A stretch of DNA of 64,000 nucleotides. Source: Laetmonice hystrix (lineage: Eukaryota). Positions 40,261 through 53,323 of this stretch are shown in pieces. A model generated the notes under the pieces. The model searched no databases. It was not told the DNA's origin and was given only the letters and a program-made list of their open reading frames with translations. The DNA lies in contig OZ249436.1 in assembly GCA_965235115.1 (NCBI GenBank), forward strand, positions 4,342,001-4,406,000, given 5' to 3'. The translations under genes and the position numbers were made by a program. Position 1 is the first letter of the stretch. Every line of letters begins with the position of its first letter.

Positions 40261-40336
40261 ACAAAATAGTAGGAGAAGACAGTTCCCCGTAATCTGACTG
40301 ACAATACATAAAGTTATTGTCTGGAGAACATGTTAA

Positions 40337-40855
40337 AGGGGCATGCTATGGAACACGTTTTGGAGGATTTCCGGCAATTATCCAACATGACCGTGTACTG
40401 GGGATCCAAGTAAATAATCCTACCCCAGCATTTTGTCCTCCGACGTGTTTTCACTGCGTATGCAGCACAAGTAGGTTCTATACGACTAAACGCATAGATT
40501 TCTCCCGATAGCACATCTCCCGCCATAATTTGGTAGACAACCTACCATCAACCCGGGTAATCGCGTACTGCGTCACATCCTGTGTGTGCACTCTCTGCAT
40601 GTGCTTAGTTACGTGCTTCGCTTAGTTGTAAACAATTCAGCAGTTGCACTCGATCGTCCGGCATCAGAATGCCACCCAAATATTTTACGAAATCGGCAGA
40701 GAAGTGGGCAAGGGAGCTTCATAAACTTCGATTTCTCACGCAAAATGATAAGTCTGTCTTTATTTACCAAGCAATTTTAATGAAGGATCTCGTTATGAAA
40801 ACGGCAAAAGTTCTTTGAAATACCGATTTTTCATGTTTCCTCATAATATGCTCCT
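40337..40855 (+). mobile_element. Non-autonomous DNA transposon (Kolobok-like MITE), copy A
   Basis: TTAA at 40333-40336 and 40856-40859; termini AGGGGCAT...ATGCTCCT; a second copy lies at 61615-62138. Confidence 0.85.
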
Positions 40856-41263
40856 TTAACAAAATGTTGAAATAAATCCATACCGAAGGGAAGATAACCT
40901 CTTGTCGTATTCTTCCTGTTACTTTCTTTAACATGACTATCAGACATTCTCTAGGTTGAAAGGTTTAAACATCCCTGGTTAGTAAAGTGTATGTAGCATG
41001 GGTTATTTTTCAAAATTGCGATTGGTATATGGCGCTTGTTGATGAGTTAAAGGCAGTAGAAAAGTTCCTCACTAACGTCCCTTTGAACACCAGTAACACC
41101 ATGTGCAGTGTCTAAGGTCGCACCGATAAGTGGAACACTGTCTACGGCGACTTTTAATAAAAATACCGTTCGGGTCATGCACTATTTTTTACGCGAGACC
41201 GGGGGAGCTATGACGCGGCGTCACAAACACCAGCTAAACTTGGTTTTAGTTTTACGGAAAGTT

Positions 41264-42208
41264 TGCCGGGGGCATCACTGTGGGCTGAGGGCATCACTGT
41301 GTGCCGAGGGCATCACTGTGTGCCGAGGGCATCACTGTGTGCCGAGGGCATCACTGTGCCGAGGGCATCACTGTGTGCCGAGGGCATCACTGTGGGCTGA
41401 GGGCATCACTGTGTGCCGAGGGCATCACTGTGTGCCGAGGGCATCAGTGTGGGCTGAGGGCATCACTGTGTGCCGAGGGCATCACTGTGTGCCGAGGGCA
41501 TCACTGTGTGCCGAGGGCAGCACTGTGTGCCGAGGGCATCACTTTGTGCCGAGGGCAGCACTGTGTGCCGAGGGCATCACTGTGTGCCGAGGGCATCACT
41601 GTGTGCCGAGGGCATCACTTTGTGCCGAGGGCAGCACTGTGTGCCGAGGGCATCACTGTGTGCCGAGGGCAGCACTGTGTGCCGAGGGCAGCACTGTGTG
41701 CCGAGGGCATCACTGTGTGCCGAGGGCAGCACTGTGTGCCGAGGGCAGCACTGTGTGCCGAGGGCAGGACTGGGTGCCAGTGGCAGCACTGGGTGATGAT
41801 GGCAGTACCGGGTGACCATGGCAGCACTGGGTGATGATGGCAGTACCGGGTGACCATGGCAGCACTGGGTGATGATGGCAGCACTGGGTGCCAGTGGCAG
41901 GACTGGGTGATGATAGCAGCACTGGGTGACCATGGCAGCACTGGGTGATGATGGCGGCACTGGGTGATGATGGCGGCACTGGGTGATGATGGCAGCACTG
42001 GGTGACCATGGCAGCACTGGGTGATGATGGCAGCACTGGGTGATGATGGCGGCACTGGGTGATGATGGCAGCACTGGGTGACCATGGCAGCACTGGGTGA
42101 CCATGGCAGCACTGGGTGATGATGGCAGCACTGGGTGATGATGGCAGCACTGGGTGATGATGGCAGCACTGGGTGACCATGGCAGCACTGGGGGACCATG
42201 GCAGCACT
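41264..42208. repeat. Compound 19-bp array: gagggcatcactgtgtgcc (41264-41766) switching to ggcagcactgggtga(tgat/ccat) (41767-42208)
   Basis: Same period; shared core ggca(t/g)cactg(t/g)gtg. Confidence 0.95.
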
Positions 42209-42358
42209 ATGAATTACCATGGAATGCTGAAACTGTTTCTGAAATGAGGTGTTTGAGTTTGCCAAACGATTGTTTCATTCAGTGTGCAGGGCCCGTCTAC
42301 TAGACTCGTCCGTGACAGACGATACATACATGCACATAGAGTGGTCAGAGAGTGGCTT

Positions 42359-42451
42359 GTTTCCATAGTGACCGCCTCATCAGAAGTGAGGCAGTGATTG
42401 GTTGCTGCCCGCCCTGTCTCCACGGCAACGATTGGCCGTCGCCCATGGCGA
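42359..42451. promoter_or_regulatory. Cluster of RFX X-box-like and CCAAT motifs
   Basis: GTTTCCATAGTGAC (42359), ATTGG (42397), GTCTCCACGGCAAC (42416), ATTGG (42431), GTCGCCCATGGCGA (42438). Confidence 0.4.
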
Positions 42452-42593
42452 GAACAAGTTCCGGCCTTTATTCCGTACATCAGAGACCTTCCTGCAGACA
42501 TCTGCAACCAGTGTTTTTAATACGGTACTTATCGGAGAAACGTACCCCTGGCCACCTGGGCACCGTATCAAACAATGTCTATATACAACATCT

Positions 42594-42827
42594 GGATGGC
42601 AGGCTGATCTCCCGATAAACACATGACCGTCGGGATGGCAGGGTGGTCTCCCGATAAAGGCATGACCGTCGGGATGGCAGGGTGGTCTCCCGATAAACAC
42701 ATGACCGTCAGGATGGCAGGGTGATCTCCCGATAAACACATGACCGTCGGGATGGCAGGGTGATCTCCCAATAAACACATGACCGTCGGGATGGCAGGGT
42801 GATCTCCCAATAAACACATGACCGTCA
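42594..42827. repeat. Tandem array, 39-bp unit, about 6 copies
   Basis: gggatggcagggtgatctcccgataaacacatgaccgtc. Confidence 0.93.
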
Positions 42828-43249
42828 GTGCCATCATAGCCGCCCTGCTATTACGGAAACAACTTTACAAAAAACAGCAAGGTATCAGAAAAAGCGCCAG
42901 AGCTGACAGATTACGGCCTCCGGGATATGATATTAAAACATCTTTCGTGTAGTTTTTGTACTCACTGATAACGAGCAGGGAGAGCACAGGGAGGGGACTT
43001 GTCACAATCACATCAGTATAGCACTCAGTGATAGACAAAAAGGACGGTAAATGATCGGGGAGGGGATCAGCTTAGCTGTAAAAATAATACTTCTTTCATT
43101 GGCAGCGCATTTAACCGTTGACAGACTGCGTCATCGACCATAAAAGGCAGAAAAGGCAGACCAAAAACGACACGTTAATTTAGGCGATATAAAGTATATG
43201 AATATATTATTTTGTCATTTTGTCGTTACTTTTTGTAGTTCCATCTAAA

Positions 43250-44740
43250 CTAAACTTTGGTTGCTTCCTCAACCAGTCTTGAAGACTGGAGAAGGCAGGC
43301 CAGGGATCGCTATAGTGTTTTAGATTGGGTTTCAATTGTGTTGCCTCATCTATAGATCTGTTTGTTACGTCTGAGCTGTTCCTCAAGGTCGCAGACCCCA
43401 GCTTGGGTTAAGGTCGGACAAGTTGGCCTAGGTTTTCATTTAGCTGTACAGGATTTTTCAGATGCTCACACCCTATACATTCAGAAAGAACCACCTGTGG
43501 CAAAAATAAATCACTGCCCCAGGTGGGCAAACCTTATGTCACCGTTGCGCGTGTCCAGTTAAAGCCGTGGCCTTGATGTAATATAAGCCATAAACGTTTG
43601 TTCGGCTAACCGTTTATCACGCCCCCTAGCGGGCCGTATCGGATCGAGGCTGTAGCTGAGAGTGAGAAGAGTGCGGCAGGTAACAACACGATTCCGACCA
43701 GCACCGTAACTCTGGCATATCGTGCTACTGGTGTGACATCGGGCAGGGTAAGCTGATGCTTTGCTTTCGTCGGGAGGAGGGGGCAAGGAAAGAGTGCTAT
43801 AGAAACGTTCTCTGATTAGACCTGTTTATGCTCGCATTGACTTTGGTTTTATGAATAATAGCGCTTTCAAATAATATGTTTCCTGAACATACATATATAT
43901 TGTAACTTTATTTTGTTTTCCGTATTGATATTATTTTATTTGGACCATATAATGTGTTTATCGGCTCGACCGTTTCATGTGGACTAGCGCTGTCACCATG
44001 TTCATGGTCGCTATCGTTATATTAGGGACGAAAGAAAGATTTATGGTTGCTACATGGTATTACCTCGGTAACTATTTTATAATCTTTGATGTAGGGGGTT
44101 ATGCCAATTGGCTTTTTTTTTGGGGGGGGGGGGGGTGCGGATTCAGATTGGACCATGCCGACCTTTGGCTTGGGGTTTTTATACCCCGCCTCCTCCACCT
44201 TAATGAATTTGTAAATACACCAGTCATGCATGTTTTTGGACAAGTTCCCCATCAACCTAGCGTGTGTTTAATATTGGTTGTGCCAGGTTATCATAGGTGT
44301 GTCAGTGGCTGAAGTATTCAACAGCAGATTGTGTGATATCTCAATAATCCTGCTGACCTTTTGGTTTATCTGTGTTTGCTGGCTGAGGAAATGCTGCAGC
44401 GCCCCCTGTGGGCCAAGGTTGGCACACAGACACGGGTCCTGTCTCGTATAGTGGAATGATGGAGAGGTCAACATCCCAGCTGTAGTGGCTATCACACAGC
44501 CCATGCTGTCCACATGTTGGATAAAAAGCATGTAATCCTGCAGCCATCCCACATATGTCACATAGAGATCTTCAAAGGGCTTGGCCAGCTGAGGGGTCAC
44601 GGAACGGAAGGTTGGGTGGTTGGACCGACCTTTCATGTACTGATAGGTTTCCTGGCGTCAATCGTACACTATCAGCCAACGCTCATACAGGGACTAGCCA
44701 GACCGAATTGTTCGCTAAAACCCACCGCGCACTGAGGAGA
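43250..44740 (-). pseudogene. Run of decayed unknown ORFs (44268-44636, 44022-44255, 43559-43786)
   Basis: Closely packed same-strand protein-like frames, e.g. LYERWLIVYD*RQETYQYMKGRSNHPTFRSVTPQLAKPFEDLYVTYVGWLQDY and DWCIYKFIKVEEAGYKNPKPK; no recognised family. Confidence 0.3.
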
Positions 44741-45310
44741 CTTTGAGCAACCTGACAGTCGGCATCTGGTTGGCGACTCTGAAGATTAAACATGTTAAAA
44801 CCCGCGCACACTGTGGAGACTTTGAGCAACCTGACAGTCGGCATCTGGTTGGCGACTCTGAAGATTAAACATGTTAAAACCCGCGCACACTGTGGAGACT
44901 TTGAGCAACCTGACAGTCGGCATCTGGTTGGCGACTCTGAAGATTAAACATGTTAAAACCCGCGCGCACTGTGGCGACTTTGAGCAACCTGACAGTCGGC
45001 ATCTGGTTGGCGACTCTGAAGATTAAACATGTTAAAACCCGCGCACACTGTGGAGACTTTGAGCAACCTGACAGTCGGCATCTGGTTGGCGACTCTGAAG
45101 ATTAAACATGTTAAAACCCGCGCGCACTGTGGCGACTTTGAGCAACCTGACAGTCGGCATCTGGTTGGCGACTCTGAAGATTAAACATGCTAAAACCCGC
45201 GCGCACTGTGGAGACTTTGAGCAACCTGACAGTCGGCATCTGGTTGGCGACTTTCAGTGTCTGAAGATTAAACATGTTAAAACCCGCGCGCACTGTGGAG
45301 ACTTAGAGCA
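44717..45310. repeat. Tandem array, 79-bp unit, about 7.5 copies
   Basis: aaaacccgcgcacactgtggagactttgagcaacctgacagtcggcatctggttggcgactctgaagattaaacatgtt. Confidence 0.95.
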
Positions 45311-45735
45311 GCTCCACGAAACTAAACAGTTGGCAACTCCTTGAAGACTGGTTGCCGACGGCAGTCTCCACTATTTTATGGCGACTACTGAAGATTAAAC
45401 ACGTTTAATTCTTCAGTTTTCAGACACAAACAAATTCTTCCTTTTCTTCTTCCACATATTCTTCTTCTTCTCCGTATTCTTCATCTTTTCTAGGGTTAGA
45501 TAGAGCAAACATGTATAGATGTTTTGGATGTGACTGTTTCCTGCGGCTGTACAGGCACAAGTCGTAACACAGGTACATTAAGCAGACTTTAAGCCATCGA
45601 TCAAATATTGACACATCTCACAAAGAAATCTGAAGGCCAGCAGTTCATTCATTGCACCGCAGCGAAGTCGCGACGTTTATGTAATGCAGTTGCTGTAGTT
45701 CATGCAGATTGTGCAGTTGGTAAGAGTTGATTAAA

Positions 45736-46087
45736 TATAATCCTGTTGCCATAACCTGACGGTTCAGTCAGTTTAACTATTAACACCGTATATTTGACAC
45801 AGAGTTCAAAGCTTTGCCGTTCACAGAACAGCTCCAAAATAGTTCAGAAAGAACTAAACGAAGAGAAAAGGTTTTTCCACCTGACTTCCTGATTCTTGTA
45901 ACAGTTATGGAAAGAAATGTTAACAAGAACCGCTGAGTTTGCTGAGATTTAATTGACTTCCCACCACAACCACAGTTGAACCGAGCTTTCTTGTCAGAAT
46001 GTTTTTAAAGACGACGTCATGGCTGGTGCTGACTCTGACAGACCCGGCTCACTGCCTTCATTGGCTGTCCTCCCATGGCAGGTTTGA
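45736..46087 (+). promoter_or_regulatory. Candidate alternative promoter and first exon of the Kir gene
   Basis: TATAA at 45736; Inr-like TCAGTC/TCAGTT about 30 nt later (45764-45773); donor CAG|GTTTGA at 46082. ATG 45999 reads 27 codons plus AG (phase 2), compatible with the 58973 acceptor; ATG 46019 gives phase 0. Confidence 0.35.
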
Positions 46088-46783
46088 AAGGTGACTGGTC
46101 ATGTTTCTTTACCTTGTACATCCAGGGACCTCATCTGGAACCACGCTCGGCAAACTCCGGCACCACTCGGGCTGTTGACGAGTTGGCTGGGGCCGTGCTA
46201 ACCTATGGGTAGAATCAGGGGGCCGGGGGTGGCGGGCTGGGGAGGGGGTGGTTGGATCAGGCTAACATTCTGACGTCCGATAAACGACACTGTCTGGACC
46301 ACAGGGGACATTCTGTTAACAACATCCAGCCAGGGTCACTGACCTCCAGCAAACCCAACGTTTGTCTTCTGTGCAAGGTTGGCGATAAAAGACAACGCAC
46401 TTTGTGTTCACTTGAATGTCAGACAGCATTTGTGTTTCACAGTGGCCTTTGGATCTCTTTTTCATCAAAGGATAATAATCGCGTTAATGACCTATTAATA
46501 GGTCTGTGACATTCATTCCCTGTCGGAGGACTTGTAGACTTCATCATATAGCTTATCTCATGTTAATTTGATGATCGTTAGGTTCTCTTTGCTGTGATTA
46601 AATCTAATTTGCTGATTAAAGTATGAAAGTTGAAATGCAATCTTTACTTATGCTTAATGACAGACTTAAAGTTCCTGGGATTCTTTCATCTTAAAGGAAA
46701 CAGTCCACCGTGTGATTTAAACAGACGTGAAGAGATCAGTGATCTTCTGTGATACTCTTTCAAAACTTGTTCACACCCACCCA

Positions 46784-46897
46784 GAGATGTCTACAAGGAC
46801 AGCTGTCTGCATGGACAGATGTCTGCAAGGACAGCTGTCTGCATGGACAGATGTCTGCAAGGACAGCTGTCTGCATGGACAGATGTCTGCAAGGACA
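46784..46897. repeat. 32-bp unit (two 16-bp subrepeats), about 3.5 copies
   Basis: agatgtctgcaaggacagctgtctgcatggac. Confidence 0.9.
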
Positions 46898-47884
46898 ATA
46901 TGAAGAAAGTCCTCAACTCCGACAGGGTCCTCACACCTATAAATCTAATTGTATAATATTGCTGGCTCAGCATTCTGTCACATAACGCCTGTAGCTATAC
47001 TGATTTGCGGACACACTTGACAACTTGACAACTTGACAACTTGAGGCTTAATGTATCTTGTACAAGGTGTCTCGAAACCCACAGCCTGAACGAGAACAGG
47101 CGTCAAATCTTCAACATCGGATAATGCACTTTGAAAATCTACTATAGGAAGTAACATATTTACAGAGGTATGTAAATTAATTCTGTTTTTAAGGAAGTTG
47201 AAGGATGTTATAATCTGAAGTCTCCGGCCCTGCAGATACCGGCTAGATGTAGAGGTGTGTGTCTGCAGTAATACAGTGGTGTTATAGTTACAGCACCTGC
47301 AGGGTGAGCATCGCCAAGTCAGTTTTTCTAAGTCATGATCTCTCCTCCCTCACCTTCAAGTATCTATTCATTGCCCTCCGCAAACACACAAGGATCACCA
47401 GAAAATCTTTTTTCATTCTTTGTATAACAAGAAAAGTAGGATCTCCGGTATTTAGGGGGTAAATTACTCAGTTTCTATGCAGAGTTTCTTAGTTACGTAC
47501 ACATAATTACCTTCTTTCATTCTTCTGTTATATAAACCAGGAAATCTTCTTACGGTAACCAGAACACTTGGATTGAAAGAAAATATCTTACAGCTTTGTC
47601 TTTCTCCTTAATTATTGGTTTTTATGTCAGTGTTTTCTATATTTCCCGTTGAGAAAGCAACTTAACTGTGCGCTTGTTCCAATGCCCGTTAATAATCTTC
47701 TTCACAAACACGGATACTGCCAGACAACAAACCTAACACATAGCGAATACGGCACCCAGCTATCGCAGTACGTGTATAGAAATGGCCGTGTGTTTGATGT
47801 AATGTTTGTTTAGAACCATGTGGAATAGTACCAGATGCCCTGAGGCCGTCAATATAGAACGAGCTCACATACATGTACAGTAGA

Positions 47885-49042
47885 AAATAACCTGTTATTG
47901 AAATTATTGAAGTGATTGGTGTAATGGTAAAATAACCTGTTATTGAAATTATTGAAGTGATTAGTGTAATGGTAAAATAACCTGTTATTGAAATTATTGA
48001 AGTGATTGGTGTAATGGTAAAATAACCTGTTATTGAAATTATTGAAGTGATTGGTGTAATGGTAAAATAACCTGTTATTGAAATTATTGAAGTGATTGGT
48101 GTAATGGTAAAATAACCTGTTATTGAAATTATTGAAGTGATTGGTGTAATGGTAAAATAACCTGTTATTGAAATTATTGAAGTGATTGGTGTAATGGTAA
48201 AATAACCTGTTATTGAAATTATTGAAGTGATTGGTGTAATGGTAAAATAACCTGTTATTGAAATTATTGAAGTGATTGGTGTAATGGTAAAATAACCTGT
48301 TATTGAAATTATTGAAGTGATTGGTGTAATGGTAAAATAACCTGTTATTGAAATTATTGAAGTGATTGGTGTAATGGTAAAATAACCTGTTATTGAAATT
48401 ATTGAAGTGACTGGTGTAATGGTAAAATAACCTGTTATTGAAATTATTGAAGTGATTGGTGTAATGGTAAAATAACCTGTTATTGAAATTATTGAAGTGA
48501 TTGGTGTAATGGTAAAATAACCTGTTATTGAAATTATTGAAGTGATTGGTGTAATGGTAAAATAACCTGTTATTGAAATTATTGAAGTGATTGGTGTAAT
48601 GGTAAAATAACCTGTTATTGAAATTATTGAAGTGATTGGTGTAATGGTAAAATAACCTGTTATTGAAATTATTGAAGTGAATGGTGTAATGGTAAAATAA
48701 CCTGTTATTGAAATTATTGAAGTGATTGGTGTAATGGTAAAATAACCTGTTATTGAAATTATTGAAGTGATTGGTGTAATGGTAAAATAACCTGTTATTG
48801 AAATTATTGAAGTGATTGGTGTAATGGTTATTGAAATTATTGAAGTGAATGGTGTAATGGTAAAATAACCTGTTATTGAAATTATTGAAGTGATTGGTGT
48901 AATGGTAAAATAACCTGTTATTGAAATTATTGAAGTGATTGGTGTAATGGTAAAATAACCTGTTATTGAAATTATTGAAGTGATTATTGGTGTAATGGTA
49001 AAATAACCTGTTATTGAAATTATTGAAGTGACTGGTGTAATG
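47885..49042. repeat. Tandem array, 45-bp AT-rich unit, about 26 copies
   Basis: aaaataacctgttattgaaattattgaagtgattggtgtaatggt. Confidence 0.97.
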
Positions 49043-50196
49043 ATAAACTCACGCGTAATGTTGTCAGATAGATAGAATCAGGACCAGGTGTACATTTATA
49101 CACGACTATAGTGTGTCTGGTGTATAGTCAAACATCCTGAACAACAAACAGAATACACATCTAGGGTTAAATCAGTGGTGATACAGGTAGGGTTTCCTGT
49201 TGAAACCATTCTTTCTGAACCTGTCTTTACCCCCCCCCCCCCCGCCCATTTGAGTGTTTGTTAAATAAGTAATAAAAGTTAACTCGAGCACTCACCTGCA
49301 ACCTGTCCTTGCATGTATGAAGGTGAAATTAATTAATTAAAACAACACTAAAATTCAAGTGTTTTTTAAACCAAATATGAAAGGGGAAGTTTTCTCTCTG
49401 ACCAGCTATGCGTGAATTTTAGGCGTCAATATCTTTTTCCCTCATGAATTTTACCATTTACTTTTTAGGACAGGACAAGCATTAAGTAAATCAAGGTAAG
49501 TTTATCTAGTTTTGGCCCCAAAAAATTCTTGAAAGTTGAAGCAATTTCTCTGCTTGTACTATCAATGTAAGTGGTTTGGCACGCCGACGGAGGTAACCAA
49601 GCCTGTAATAGTATAGTTAGCCGTGCGAGCAGGAAGTGAGCTATTTACTGAACCCCAGGAGACGTGAAAGATCAGTAATCGAGTAGTAAGAGGCACTGAG
49701 TTTGTACCACACGTTCCTATTGATTCGGTTACATGCTGCGCCGGTCTTGATCCAATCGGTGCGTTCTATCACTGTTAACTTGCCGATAAGTGGAACCAAA
49801 CAGCACGCCCCACCCTCTCTGTTTAGGGAGGGTATTTTATGAAGGATGTAGATAAAAAAATACCTAAGAAAATCATTAAGAAACTTAACCCACTCTCTCA
49901 AATGATTTGCTTTATATTTCCAATCACTTATCCCGTATTAGGTAGTAATAGTTACACTGATTGAATGTTTAATCGATCCAGGTAAACGATGGCTTCACAT
50001 CGATATTGGCAGTGGTCCACCGATCGCTTTTTGTTGGTTTGAAGTTATACGGTCAGGTATACAGACATGTACATGCTGTATTAAAGTAAGTCGATCCACT
50101 GGTAGCTAGAAACTCTCAGGCATGTTGGCCAACCTTCGGGAAAGCTGTGATATTGTATCACAAGGGAAGTGTATCAAGGCTGTGATTGTATGTCAA

Positions 50197-50330
50197 CAGT
50201 CAACTGTCTCATATTTTACAGTGAACTGTCTCATATTGTACAGTCAACTGTCTCATATTTTACAGTGAACTGTCTCATATTGTACAGTGAACTGTCTCAT
50301 ATAGTACAGTGAACTGTCTCATATTTTACA
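50197..50330. repeat. 22-bp unit, about 6 copies
   Basis: cagtgaactgtctcatattgta. Confidence 0.9.
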
Positions 50331-50469
50331 CGGTTCTCCCTCTAATTCACCATGTGCCCTTCTTGGTTCACCATCTTATTATACTTTGTTAGAAGCAATA
50401 TAACAGTGACAAGAGCTGTAAGATGTGGGATGTACATCATACCAAATCACCAAGGACGATCACGTATAT

Positions 50470-50728
50470 TAGGGCGGACCATTTTGATACCAACGGGGGC
50501 TATGGTTTTTCTTCACAAACATATTTTTCTTTTGCCCCAGGCCAATCTTTTTCCCACTATGACCATTAATCAAATTATTTTTTCTATATACTATATGTTT
50601 TTTTTACATATGGAACAAACTTTGTTTATGTAGTTTGATGATCAGACTATTTCCCCCCTGTATTTGGTGAACAGATGGGTTTTTCTTTTAAAAAAAACCC
50701 ATGTCCCCCTCCCACGTATCAAATGGTT
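50470..50728. mobile_element. Possible MITE relic
   Basis: Inverted ends accattttgatac and gtatcaaatggt; T-rich interior; no TSD resolved. Confidence 0.35.
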
Positions 50729-51881
50729 AATTTATTTATTTATTTATTTATATTTATATTTATCAATAATAATAAAAAACGTAGGAACGATGAAGAGGAT
50801 GCGTTATAGTAAATCATAATATGAAGTTGCAATGACAACATAAGCGACATATGTTATTGGATGAACAATGGGATATTTGAGCCGTGTGAAGTGAGACGTC
50901 TAAGATTAGGACCGTGTTTTAACGTGGGGTATTAAAGGGATGACATCCCGATAGAAAGCGATGTTATCAGCCATCCATCCCTGCTGTAGGAGTGTTCTAC
51001 CGACAGCGTGCGGCAGGTGTGTGCCCGGGGGTACGGTGGGGTTGGGTGGGGGTGGGGGTGGTTTAGGGGGGCGGAGATCGGGCAGGAGAGGAGGGGGGCT
51101 GGCAGGCTGAAGACCAACGTTACGATGCTGAAGGGCATTGTTTTCACCAACATCAGCAATATTACACTGCCTCCTGACGCTAACTGAGGCCCGGGTCAGG
51201 AGGCTGGATCAAGGAGGAGGCATGCAGTGGGTGGATGGAATCTAGTTATTCGTCCTGATTGACTCAGTGTCTAACAGTCTAATTGTCTGTCTAGACAATG
51301 TAACCTTCAGGAGATTGTAGAGGGTTGCGTCATACTGGAAGTTTACGTAATATAGAGTGTACTGATTTCAGAAAATGTAATATGTGTAAACAGAAGAAGT
51401 ATTGAGTCTGAGCGTGATATTATGACAATTCCTATTTCTAGATCACGTGGCATGAAAGTATGGGGATACGATGATTTCGATATAAGACCCATATCAACGA
51501 AGATTAACCTAGGCATGATTGCGGCAGTGTTTGCCAAACTTATCTTCTTTTTGAAGCACCTTCTTCCTCTTAAGGTTCACAAGGTTTTTAATGTCATGAA
51601 ATTCAAGTTAAGAATTACTCTGGGCGGCCATTCCATAATTTAAGCTTCAGTTTGATGGAATTAGCGGAAGCTTTCTCTCGAAACTTCTAATTATAGCCAC
51701 TTGATTACATTATTGAATACGAGCGTTGACTGAGGCTGCAGCAGCTATAAAAACCATTAAACACTGTTCGGCAGGTAGAGCAGGTCTACCCGTGTCCATT
51801 ACATGAGTGTCAGGTGAGAGAATTATACTTCACTTCAACAGTCTCGTTCGGTGGTGACTGGGCTCAGTCTGTGACTGTCTG

Positions 51882-52588
51882 TGACAGGCTGTACTGACCG
51901 GAAGTGATGACAGTGAGACAGGTTTTGTACTGACCGGAAGTGATGACAGTGAGACAGGTTGTACTGACCGGAAGTGATGACAGTCAGACAGGTTGTACTG
52001 ACCGGAAGTGATGACAGTGAGACAGGTTGTACTGACCGGAAGTGATGACAGTGAGACAGGTTGTACTGACCGGAAGTGATGACAGTGAGACAGGTTGTAC
52101 TGACCGGAAGTGATGACAGTGAGACAGGTTGTACTGACCGGACGTCATGACAGTGAGACAGGTTGTACTGACCGGAAGTGATGACAGTGAGACAGGTTGT
52201 ACTGACCGGAAGTGATGACAGTGAGACAAGTTGTACTGACCGGAAGTGATGACAGTGAGACAGGTTGTACTGACCGGAAGTGATGACAGTGAGACAGGTT
52301 GTACTGACCGGAAGTGATGACAGTGAGACAGGTTGTACTGACCGGAAGTGATGACAGTGAGACAGGTTGTACTGACCGGAAGTGATAACAGTGAGACAGG
52401 TTGTACTGACCGGAAGTGATAACAGTCAGACAGGTTGTACTGACCGGAAGTGATGACAGTGAGACAGGTTGTACTGACCGGAAGTGATGACAGTGAGACA
52501 GGTTGTACTGACCGGAAGTGATGACAGTGAGACAGGTTGTACTGACCGGAAGTGATGACAGTGAGACAGGTTGTACTGACCGGAAGTG
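51882..52588. repeat. Tandem array, 34-bp unit with an ETS motif, about 20 copies
   Basis: gacaggttgtactgACCGGAAGTGatgacagtga. Confidence 0.96.
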
Positions 52589-52597
52589 GCAGTGTTC

Positions 52598-52787
52598 ATT
52601 GACAGCTGTCTCGTGTGGTGGGAGATTGACAGCTGTCACGTGTGGTGGGAGATTGACAGCTGTCACGTGTGGTGGGAGATTGACAGCTGTCACGTGTGGT
52701 GGGAGATTGACATCTGTCATGTGTGGTGGAAGATTGACAGCTGTCATGTGTGGTGGGAGATTGACAGCTGTCATGTGTGGTGGGAGA
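52598..52787. repeat. Tandem array, 27-bp unit, 7 copies
   Basis: atTGACAGCTGTCAcgtgtggtgggag. Confidence 0.94.
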
Positions 52788-52857
52788 ATGCTGACGACAA
52801 TCTGACAGATACATTCCGTCACTTATTTACTTTCCCGTATACAACACTTGCCCCAAA

Positions 52858-52993
52858 GAAGGTCATATTAAACAAAAAGGAAAAGGAAGGTCATATTGAA
52901 CAAAAAGGAAAAGGAAAGTCATATTGAACAAAAAGGAAAAGGAAGGTCATATTGAACAAAAAGGAAAAGGAAGGTCATATTGAACAAAAAGGA
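52858..52993. repeat. 28-bp unit, about 5 copies
   Basis: gaaggtcatattgaacaaaaaggaaaag. Confidence 0.9.
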
Positions 52994-53323
52994 GAAGAAA
53001 AGTAATTTTTTTGTAAACATGCAACAACAATCGACTTGCCTTCCGAGAATACACGTGGACAACTGCTTATTAATAAACTATCAGATCTTTAATGTTATTC
53101 CGCGTTGTTTCATTAGAACCTGACCAGGACATTTGACTTCTCATTTATAAGAGAACTGCAACGTCCTGATCCTTTATATTGAAACCTGCAGTATACCACC
53201 TGCCGGCAAATAATGCCGGGTCCATTTATAAACATTTAACACAATGTTTGATTTGTAGTATATACTGAAAGGTTGCCCATCACACAACCTCCACCGCCAT
53301 GCTTTAATCAACCTGAATTAAGA

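Noticed and set aside
41108..42265. Cys/His-rich ORFs resembling metallothionein or keratin-associated proteins
   Set aside because: A 19-bp period cycling through all frames; repeat artefact.
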